DNA of 20,000 nt from Catajapyx aquilonaris (Eukaryota): NCBI GenBank assembly GCA_000934665.2, contig JYFJ02001744.1, positions 50,976 through 70,975 of the forward strand, read 5' to 3'. The notes beneath the pieces were generated by a model. The model ran no database searches. It was not told the origin of the DNA and worked only from the letters and a program-made list of their open reading frames with translations. A program made the position numbers and the translations under genes. Of this stretch, positions 11,601 to 20,000 are shown piece after piece. Position 1 is the first letter of the stretch. Each line of letters begins with the position of its first letter.

Positions 11601-14600
11601 ACCCCATCTGTTATTACCAGCCCTGGAATGTTGCCTTGTAACTTCACCTACTGACTTCGCTGTAGAACAGACCCAGTCCTGTCACTTTTCGCAATCTCCG
11701 TCTGTTCCTCGCCAAACAACATATCATTGCGGGAAAAACATATACGTTTAAAAAAAAGCATTCTTCGCCTTTCAGTTACTCCAAAGTGTCAATCACAGCG
11801 GAGATGCCTGTGAAGACTTCTGGGATTATTCTTGCGGAGGATGGATAGAACAGAATCCACTACCGGCGTCCAAAAGCAGATGGGATGTGTATCAAGAGAT
11901 CACCTTTGCCAGTAAGTAATTTAATCGCTGTACATACACACTCCATTGGGCCTGCATTCCTTGTTGGAAGTGCATTCACCCAAGTTAGATCCTAGAAACA
12001 AGTTCCTGAGATGAAACGTGCGCAAGATAACTTATATGCTCACGACTTGGACGCATGAATTATAACGATGAATTTACATAACTTATTTCATTGGGCCTCA
12101 TTACTCGAAGCATGCACAGAATTGCTTAAAAATGTAACGACTTTATTCGTCAAATTTTCACCAGCTGCAATGATTAATTCTGCTCCATTTGCAAATTTTT
12201 TTACAGCCAGAGACAAAATTAGATCTTTGATCAACACCGTCCCTTACCCGTCGGAATCCAGCTCTTTGAGTTGGAAAGTACGTAACTTCTACGAGTCATG
12301 CATGGCTGAGGAATATATTGAAACAGATAGGGACAAGCCTATCAAGGACGTCATTCGCTCTCTAGGTGAGTAACATTACTCTGCGAGATTATTTCCGGAT
12401 CTTCTGGCTGGGTCCAGAAACTTGGTGGGTGTGACGCGAATGGCTAAAATGTACGGGCCGAATGGGATCGATTGATTACGACCAAAATTTTCTCACCCTT
12501 GTAGGAGGATGGCAGATCCTACGAGAATTGGGCACCTTCGACCCTTTGAATTGGGAATTCATGCGGACACTCCGGGTGCTTCAAGCCGAATACAAAGTCG
12601 ACGCTTTTTTCAGGATTGAGGTGGCCCCCGACGATAGACATCCAGCCACAAATATTATCAAGGTAAGGAGTGTCTACAATTCAATTCCGACACGGAACAA
12701 CCGAACTAGATCGATAGGTTGAATGGCAGGTAGCAAAATCTGTGTGGCGGCTACCTGCCAATGATTGGATAGGTCGTTATCCAAGACGGATTTTACAGTT
12801 CAATAGAGCCCATTAGCATTACTAATAACACCTGGTTTCAGATTGTACCTGCCGGCCTGGGCCTTCCTGATCGCAGCTTTTATTACCGCCGACCAGACGG
12901 AATAGTACGTATAAACCTTTGCCATTATTCACACCCCACCAGCGTATAATTGCATTTGGTAACCTAATTCCATTAATTAGACTTACATTGTGGAGTGATC
13001 ACTGACTTGGCTTGTTTGCAGTCTCACATGAGAGGCCACTACGGTGAAATAGCAAGAAACCCGGAAAGGGTCAGTTGGAAAGCCTGTCCAGTGTAGTGTA
13101 CTGAACTTTGGTGCTTGACGTGTGCTTGTGTGTCGCATGGTTTTCAGATTTTGTGCCGCTAGAGAGTTAGTCGAATTAGTCCTGGAGCAAATAAAATTAA
13201 TTGGCCTGAGAGCACGTCCATTGTGTAGACTAACTGGTATCCAAACTTTCTGCGACAGACTCTAAACCGATTGTTTCTAAACAGGTGGCACACGCTTACA
13301 AACGGTACCTCAAGGATGTCGTTCAGTTGATGGGAGTGGTTAGTTCCAAAGCCAACCAATTCGCGGAAGAGATCTTCCACTTTGAGAAGCGAATTGCGGA
13401 GATGACGCCCAGCAAGGAAGAGACTCGAAGGCCTCTGCAGGTTTATCACCGCAAGACAGTCAAGGACCTCAAGAAGGAAGCTCCCTCTGTAAGTGCATTG
13501 CGACACAAATGTCAATGGATACACTCATTCGGATCTTGAACCTTTCAGATTCCGTGGAGGGATCTTCTTCTGGCCATTTATCCAAAAGCCAGCATCAACG
13601 AGGATACGGAAGTCTTGACCGTTTCTCCAAAGTTCCTGATTGGCGTCTCTAGGATTATATCGTCCTCTGACAGGGCGTAAGTAGTAAAGCAAAGTTCATG
13701 ATTAACTATAAGAGAGTAAGACCTACCAAACTTTCTTTCGAGGGAATTGAGGCTGGGGAAAGTCGCACTTTTTGATGTGTTTTCCATAGAACTGCCTTCC
13801 ACATGAATGCAGAATAATTTTGTGTAGCTACTAGCCGCACGTGTAAACTACAAAATAGTATCAGCCTGAGTAGTTTTTACAAAAGTACAGGTCAGCATCA
13901 ACAAAACTCAATTGTATAAAAATTTCGAACCAACTTGTCATTGCATGTGGAAAAATGATCTTCACAAAATGAAGAGTTTCGAAACAATGGATTGGTTGGA
14001 ACATATTGAGCCTGTTAAAGTGTTCGCTTCAACTGGCGCCTTTTCATACAGGAAAAATGGGTGCCTGATGGCGGCAGTAATTCACAGCCTGAAAGAACGT
14101 CGAAAAATAAGTCATCCAGAATGACTGCACTAATACGTTTGTCGCCCATCTCGTCAAAGACCGCCTATGTCACGTCCCTAAAACTAAATTAAACAATATT
14201 CACGAATCACGACCATTATGTTTTCATAATATAAACGTGGGAATATAACGCTTAAAACAGGTTTCAGTTACGACACACACAAAAGGTGTTTTCAGAATGC
14301 ATATTACATGGTACTTATACAAAAGGAACTTTCACGGAAGTTTGCTTTAAAAAACATTTGTACTACAGAGGAATTTGCTGTCTCATTCACAGGTTTACTC
14401 GTAGTAGACTCAAAACCTTGGTCGAGTAATGAGTAACTTACACCACTAGCTCTTAGGGCAATTGAGACTTTTAAAAATTCACTCTCGTTACTTTCAGCAT
14501 ATTTCTGTATCTTCACCTTCGCTTGTATTTGTGATGTCAACATCTCGATATGTTTTGCGAAAACATTGGCACCATAATTAGACTTCGTTATATACTGTGC

Positions 14601-17600
14601 AGTGCTTTCACATATGACGCAGTATTCATGCGTTGTGCAAATTTACTCGTGTCCGTCCCTTGAATAATTATCTGAAATCTGAATAGGGATGCTGGGCAGT
14701 TTGCGAATATGGATATGACTGTTGCCCATGGGTAGAATATACTTTCCCACTTATCTTGAGGCCTCTCTGTTAAACCTTTTTCGATACTAAAATTCACTTC
14801 CAAGCCAACTATTGGCTCTACCTGACGCCAACAGCCTCCGGCCCAAACTTGATCCGCGGTGGAAATTTACGAACTTTTTCTAGTATAGTTTATGCAGCTT
14901 CATTGCCTGGAAGCATCCAAATTGAAAACTGTGAATACCATACACAGCCTCCACCATCTTCTCCGAATTTACAGCATTATTTCATGATGAATACATCAAC
15001 ACTTTGCCAATTTATTCATCAGGAAAGGAGAACTTATTTCCCTCGTTTTCCATTATTTTTCTGGACGTATTCTGGACCTGTAAATCGCCTTTCCACAAAT
15101 ATTGTTAATAAATTTTGTTACTGTGCGTAATCGTGTGTGGAATATTTTAGGTGGAAACCACAGATATAGTACGAGCTAAGAATTAGTCAAATTTCCTCAA
15201 AATTAATTTAAATCAGAATGTTCTCAATCAAACTGGAAAATAGTTTCCACTATTTCTGCTAATTCCACCAATCCACTGCGTAATGAGAAATCGTCTATTT
15301 ATCTAGTAGGTTACATTTTATTCACTGTAAAATATTTACCTTGACGTGGAAATTAGTGTCACCTATTCTGTGTGTAAATAAATTTTTTTCCCCCAGTGAT
15401 ATAAACTGAAAAAACAGACAAATATTTGCAGTTTCTCTTTCTTTCACTGTCGTATGAAAGCAAAATATGGTTAAATATTCAATTAACTTATGTTCACCAC
15501 ACATTCACTCAAAATTTAACACAAGATAAGGAGTTTGCTTGTGCTACGTTGCATCATAATTTCTCTTAATTCCAGGTCGCTAAATAACTACCTAATGTGG
15601 CGATTGGTCAACGAATACCTGCCTTACCTGTCATCAGCCTATACTGACATACTGGACATGTACGAGAAGGACCTAAGAGGCAAGTGTGCTGACCTCGTCG
15701 GTATATAACCCTTCCTCTATAAAAGTGTGGCACGTTTCCCCCCACTTATGCTTTTACGTGCTGATGGAGACGGTTCTCTGGGGCATCATTCGCAGGCGTA
15801 GCTGAGCCGATGCCTCGCTGGGAGAAATGCGTGGAAGTGACGAGAAGTGTCCTGGGCTATGCTGTCGGGGTGATGTTCGCACGATCGATGGAAGATCGAG
15901 AAGACGCCATTTCCAGGGTAATTTTGGGCGGGAAAATCGGGCCGTTTCTCTTCCGTAACGGTTGCCTAAAGGGGGTCCTTGTCTTGCGCAGGTGGAGGCT
16001 GTGTTTGAGACCATCCGCGACACCATTGCGGAGGACCTGACCAGCAGCCCTTGGTTTGACAATGAACTACGAAATAGCGTCATTAACAAGGTGAATTGTC
16101 CATTGGCGCCGGGGGAAAAACTTGGTTAATTGCTCTTCTCTTCGCAGGTTCGCACTATGGAGATTCAAGTCGGATATCCGTCGCAGGCTCTTCATGGGAG
16201 CTTCTTGAGCAGGCACTACAGTTCATTGACGGTGCAGAGAAGCGACTTCTTTAGAAACATTCTGTATGGGGTGAGGTTTCAGAGAGAAGTGGAGCAGAGG
16301 AAGCTGTTGTATCCGTCAGGTGACAGTGGCTGGAAACCGTATCTGCTGAAGGATGGGATGACCTACATACCAACTGACAATCGCATTGTCGTTCCGGATC
16401 ACCTTCTCCAGCAGCCTTTTTACCATCACAAATACCAGCCGTAAGATCGTGTTACTAATTCATTATGTGGGACAAGGTAACAGGTGCTGCCGATGATAAT
16501 GGTGCAGCTGTATGGGGTGCATCGGAAAGGCCCTCTCTGTGTGTGGTCCCATTCCCCCCCCCCCCNGCGTAGCCGGAAATGTCCAGCAGCGCACCATTTA
16601 CTTAGACTGTATAATTGGGAGAAGTATACTTTTCGATAAGGTTGAAGATATTGTCGGCTGAAACATTAAACAACTGCAAGAATTTACTTCTTCAACGATT
16701 CTTCGACAATTGTTTAACAATGTTTGTAAAATTTTGTTGTAATTTAGTGTGGGCTTTGGAAACTAATTATTGGTTGGTAAGCCTAATAAACACCTTAAAT
16801 GCCAGAATTTACTGCATGACAGCAAGACTTCTGATAACATGCATTATACGTATGTATACATTTCAGTGTGTGGCGTATATAATTATTCCTTTGTATGCAT
16901 TAACACAACAAAATTATTATACTGTATAATAGATAACCTAACTTTATTCCGGTCGTATGACCAATTTGGGGTGGTGAACACGGTAATATGCTGCTGTAAA
17001 CCTCCACTCAATGTACAGAAAATTTGAGTTTGGTTACACTTCAGCAGAGGCTTTGTCGGATAGATCAGGCTATAGGCGAGATTCACGAGATTTACAAGGG
17101 TGATTTCTCATTTCAATGTGCAAAATTCACCCAAGATTTACTTGATTTTCCGGCTACACGTAACTGTAAAATATTCATTTTTATTTTTATTTTTATATTC
17201 CAGGCCTGTCCTGTACGGTGGCTTTGGCACGCAGCTGGCTCGACTCATAATTGAATCAATCGACGAGGGTAACTCTATGTACAATTCCGACGGTCAGCTC
17301 ATCCGGAACGAGGACATCCGAGTCAACCAAAGCCTCCGAAGCATGACCTTCCAGAAGAACTGCATCTACAAATACTACCTAAACAAGAACCTGGATAGCC
17401 AATCCTTTCTGAACCAAACTGCCAGCGACAATGCACTGGACAGCCGAGCACTGTCCGAAGCCCACCGAGCCCTCCAGAGAAGCGATGCCCCTATACTTAG
17501 GCAACCTGGAATGGAAGAGTGCTCCACCGACTACCTCTTCTTCCTGTCGTACGGTCGGGTATGTAGTCTAATAAAATTGCGTGTACCGTACATTTAAAAA

Positions 17601-17980
17601 AAAGTGTGGGACAAACGAATCTCCGTGGGACACAAACGTCAGCACCCTTACTATGGTGCTGATGAAATGTCCAAAACATTTTTAAAGCGAAATAGTTCAG
17701 CTATAGCCAGATTTAAAATTGGTAACACATGCTTCATTGCAGAGTATGTGCTCCTCTGTAACGCGGCAAGAGGAGGACATTGAGAGGACCATGAATTTCC
17801 ACATGGATAATCCCGCAAGGTTTGCCAAGTCTTGCTCATGAGTCTGGCTCCTTTTTGAAGTGCATTATCTATTTCAGGTTAAGGGGAACGGTGATGCTGA
17901 GCAGATCTTTCTCCGACGTCTTTGAGTGTTCCTATTCCTCCAACATGTACGCCTCTCAGTCGTGCGGACGCGCAATTTGA
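5340..17980 (+). CDS. Spliced gene (14 coding exons, ~770 aa): M13 family neprilysin/ECE-like type II membrane protein, predicted catalytically inactive (possibly Gone early-like)
   Basis: join(5340..5651,11776..11911,12207..12365,12505..12662,12842..12904,13285..13488,13549..13676,15576..15679,15796..15917,15992..16090,16148..16440,17204..17558,17743..17819,17878..17980) = 2313 nt, all phases compatible, no internal stop. M13 hallmarks: N-terminal TM, CxxxxC, CEDFWDYSCGGW, FYESCM, LGGW, LGLPDRSFY, NNYLMW, PRWEKC, VGYP, LQQPFY, YGGFG, LFFLSY, FxxxFxC. Confidence 0.93.
11776..11911 (+). CDS. M13-like gene coding exon 2 (LLQSVNHSGDACEDFWDYSCGGWIEQNPLPASKSRWDVYQEITFA)
   Basis: Acceptor cctttcag at 11775, donor A|GTAAGT at 11912; classic M13 C-x-DF-x-x-Y-x-CGGW motif; absent from the ORF track. 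Confidence 0.95.
12207..12365 (+). CDS. M13-like gene coding exon 3 (RDKIRSLINT...KVRNFYESCM...VIRSLG)
   Basis: Acceptor ttttttacag, donor G|GTGAGT; phases 1/1; FYxSCM motif. Confidence 0.93.
12505..12662 (+). CDS. M13-like gene coding exon 4 (GWQILRELG...APDDRHPATNIIK)
   Basis: Acceptor cccttgtag, donor AAG|GTAAGG; completes LGGW; phases 1/0. Confidence 0.93.
12724..12760. repeat. Perfect 11-bp inverted repeat in intron 4
   Basis: TGGCAGGTAGC (12724-12734) and GCTACCTGCCA (12750-12760), 15-nt spacer. Confidence 0.8.
12842..12904 (+). CDS. M13-like gene coding exon 5 (IVPAGLGLPDRSFYYRRPDGI)
   Basis: Acceptor ggtttcag at 12841, donor GTACGT at 12905; LGLPxRxYY motif; 63 nt, phases 0/0. Confidence 0.9.
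13285..13488 (+). CDS. M13-like gene coding exon 6 (VAHAYKRYL...FEKRIAE...KDLKKEAPS)
   Basis: Acceptor ttctaaacag, donor GTAAGT at 13489; AYxxY and FExxIA motifs; phases 0/0. Confidence 0.93.
13549..13676 (+). CDS. M13-like gene coding exon 7 (IPWRDLLLAIYP...SRIISSSDR)
   Basis: Acceptor cctttcag at 13548 (60-nt intron), donor GC|GTAAGT at 13677; phases 0/2. Confidence 0.9.
15576..15679 (+). CDS. M13-like gene coding exon 8 (SLNNYLMWRLVNEYLPYLS...KDLRG)
   Basis: Acceptor aattccag at 15575; NYxxW and PYLS motifs; 3' end at GC donor AG|GCAAGT (15680), with an in-phase alternative GT donor at 15701. Confidence 0.9.
15796..15917 (+). CDS. M13-like gene coding exon 9 (VAEPMPRWEKCV...LGYAVGVMF...AISR)
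   Basis: Acceptor attcgcag at 15795, donor AGG|GTAATT at 15918; PRWxxC motif; phases 1/0. Confidence 0.92.
15992..16090 (+). CDS. M13-like gene coding exon 10 (VEAVFETIRDTIAEDLTSSPWFDNELRNSVINK)
   Basis: Acceptor cttgcgcag, donor AAG|GTGAAT; WFD matches the M13 WMD motif; phases 0/0. Confidence 0.9.
16148..16440 (+). CDS. M13-like gene coding exon 11 (VRTMEIQVGYP...DNRIVVPDHLLQQPFYHHKYQ)
   Basis: Acceptor cttctcttcgcag (57-nt intron), donor CC|GTAAGA at 16441; IGYP-like and N-x-I-x-x-P...LQxPF motifs; phases 0/2. Confidence 0.94.
16554..16566. other. Poly-C run ending at an ambiguous base (N at 16566), intron 11
   Basis: 12 C followed by n; an assembly ambiguity or collapsed gap. Confidence 0.9.
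17204..17558 (+). CDS. M13-like gene coding exon 12 with the degenerate zinc-binding region (YGGFGTQLARLIIESID...TASDNALD...LFFLSYGR)
   Basis: Strong T-rich acceptor ending ttccag at 17203, donor CGG|GTATGT at 17559; aligns to neprilysin NYGGIGMVIGHEITHGFD, TLGENIAD and LFFL; phases 2/0. Confidence 0.94.
17743..17819 (+). CDS. M13-like gene coding exon 13 (SMCSSVTRQEEDIERTMNFHMDNPAR)
   Basis: Acceptor ttcattgcag at 17742, donor AG|GTTTGC at 17820; aligns to neprilysin WC...DVHSPGNFR; phases 0/2. Confidence 0.88.
17878..17980 (+). CDS. M13-like gene last coding exon 14 (LRGTVMLSRSFSDVFECSYSSNMYASQSCGRAI*)
   Basis: Acceptor ctatttcag at 17877 (58-nt intron); aligns to neprilysin GTLQNSAEFSEAFHC...SYMNPEKKC; TGA at 17978-17980. 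Confidence 0.9.
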
Positions 17981-18432
17981 AACAGTCGACTTTTTTTGAA
18001 CAGAAAGTTTTAAAAAAATCCCTCCGGGTGATCTCGATTGTAAATGTTCCCAGAAGAGCAGCTTGGATGTAAATATAGTCATTTACGCTTACTTACTATT
18101 ACTTGCTATTACAATATACACTCCGATCTCTGGACTATTAAAATTATATGTTTGAAGGACACGGTGCTGCCGGAGACAAAATCTATTTTTTGCTGGTTTG
18201 TTACGGAGTGGGAATGACCTGAAAGGAGGCGTGGAAAATATTCTCGAGGTGCCAAATATTTGTTAATCTTGTAGCTTTGCAAGCAGGAGGCGTACGGATC
18301 CATTTAAGCTCTATACTTCGCAAAGTATGTCTGAGAGTGAATGACGTTTTTAAAAAACTGAACTACCATTTTAGGTGTAGATCGTATTGTTAGAAAAGAA
18401 ACGGATTTAATATTTAGAGTATTGTGATGTTT

Positions 18433-18438
18433 AATAAA
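18433..18438 (+). terminator. Probable polyadenylation signal of the M13-like gene
   Basis: First AATAAA I found after the stop codon (about 450 nt downstream), followed by a GT/T-rich tract at about 18451-18470. Confidence 0.6.
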
Positions 18439-19939
18439 TGCAGATTTTAAGTATTATGCTGTTGTGATTGCATTTAACTTTAGCTCAGTCTATAAAGAGT
18501 TGACCTTTTGCTAATCGACTACATATTAACTTTATGGATTTATCATCCTTTCCCCGCCTACGCCCCACACTTCCATCATTTTCTCTGCGAGAATCTGAGC
18601 AGTGTTCTAGAATTTATGTATTCGGTCATGTGAAGTAACGAGGAAGCAAATCATTCTTACTGCTCCTTGTTATCGCTGGCATTGATAGGGCTAAGCCGTA
18701 ATGTAGAAGAAAGAAGAAATAACGAATCAACTTTATGGCCATATCATTCTGCTTTTGATTCACTCCATTCATCAGAGGGTTAGAGGAAGATGTGGATTAA
18801 AAAAAAAAACTCCAGATATGGTACCAGTTAGTAGAAACAACATTGAGAGAAGGGAAGAGAGAAAAAAATCATGGTCGCATTCAGTGATTCACGTGTCGTG
18901 ATTGTTGCTTCTCTTTACTGGTTGCGGAAGTAAACATTCAGTAATACCGTATACTTTGACCTATTCCCCTCTTGACCTGGGGACTTGGGTATTGAACAAG
19001 TTTGTATTATAGGCCTACTCAGAAATGCTAACCGCTGCAGTCCTCAATTCTTTATGTGACATTTATAGGAGCAGCCACCTGCTGGCACCGTATGCATGAT
19101 AAATCGCAGCCATTTGCATGGATGATTTCCGTGGGTTGTAACTGGTACAATGTGCTACAGATATTTTGCCGGATATTCTTACTACACATCATGCACTGCA
19201 AGATTTGTTTCTAAACCACGATGCGGGTGGAATTGTAATGAACAAGAAAATGTCTTGTAATGCATGAGAAAAATAATAAGGCCTGCAAAAATATTATCAT
19301 GTCTGGTCTCACTGTAATGCGGTCGAATGCGGTACAGAGATAATAATATTATGAAGCTAAGGAAGACGAATCAGTATAGAATGATATCAACTTATTTATT
19401 GTGAACATGCAATTAGGACATTAATCAACGGGTCTCCACGGGACTTCCGACATATAGCCTACTTCCTACTTTTCCCATAAGGTAATGGACCCATAAATAA
19501 ATGGTTTTTATGTTATGTTTGTGTGAATGCGTGGATGTCTTGTCAACATAATATTGTGATCCAACATCCAGAATTGGTGGCCTGCTCGTATCTTAAAATG
19601 TATCAATCATAAATTGTTTAAAAAGTCAAGCTAAATTGGCCGCTAAACTCCCCTAAATTTTTGGCCGCTTGAATTTATGTTATATTTTTGCCTGCCAAAC
19701 TATAAAACCGAAGGGGTTAACAATCCGTACGTAAATACAGTACGTAAATCGGTGTGCTCATGGCCACAAATCCTTGCATTAATTTCACAAATCCGGATAA
19801 CCATCTCACACGTCACGAATCCAGTGGCCACCAAAGTAGTAAGTTGCTATCAAACCAACTAGCACTGTCTGCACCTTAGACCATATATACCAGTAGACGC
19901 TCTCTCTCCCTCTCAAAAGTGAAACCTGCCGTTCTGAGG

Positions 19940-20000
19940 GGGGGATCACGTGACTTAGGGCAAAAGGGAGGCGGGAAGGCGAAATTAACATGGCGCCTTA
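19940..20000 (+). promoter_or_regulatory. Candidate promoter and translation start of the next gene at the window edge
   Basis: TCACGTGAC at 19946-19954, GC-box-like GGGAGGCGGG near 19966-19975, AACATGGCG with ATG at 19990. Confidence 0.4.

Noticed and set aside
16498..16598. Possible MITE with AATGGTGC/GCACCATT ends around the poly-C and N
   Set aside because: Only 8 bp of perfect inverted repeat, no target-site duplication, and the interior has an assembly ambiguity.
17963..17977. C-terminal CGRAI as a CaaX prenylation motif
   Set aside because: The Cys is fifth from the end, is a conserved disulfide Cys, and lies in the extracellular domain.
5340..17980. Calling the gene an active neprilysin/ECE-1, or a pseudogene
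   Set aside because: Zinc ligands and the catalytic Glu are absent, so an active-enzyme name is unsupported. The frame, splice sites and Cys scaffold are intact, so pseudogene is also unsupported. No symbol is given because orthology needs a phylogeny.

Overview
Eukaryotic (invertebrate-animal-like) genomic DNA. The main feature is one complete + strand gene that the ORF track shows only in fragments. It has 14 coding exons from ATG 5340 to TGA 17980, giving a 2313-nt spliced CDS of 770 aa by manual assembly with consistent intron phases. The product is a type II membrane protein of the M13 (neprilysin/endothelin-converting enzyme) family. The reading frame is intact and all ten canonical M13 cysteines are present, but the catalytic motifs are altered: HExxH reads RLIIE, ENxAD reads DNALD, NAFY reads GMTY and the terminal CxxW reads CGRAI. 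It is therefore best read as a non-catalytic neprilysin homologue, reminiscent of Drosophila Gone early. Other points are a probable GC-AG intron with an in-phase alternative GT donor that would add a Cys, an odd extracellular Cys, candidate 5' UTR exons, motif clusters in introns, and a probable start of the next gene at the right edge. No RNA genes, CRISPR arrays or autonomous mobile elements were recognised.
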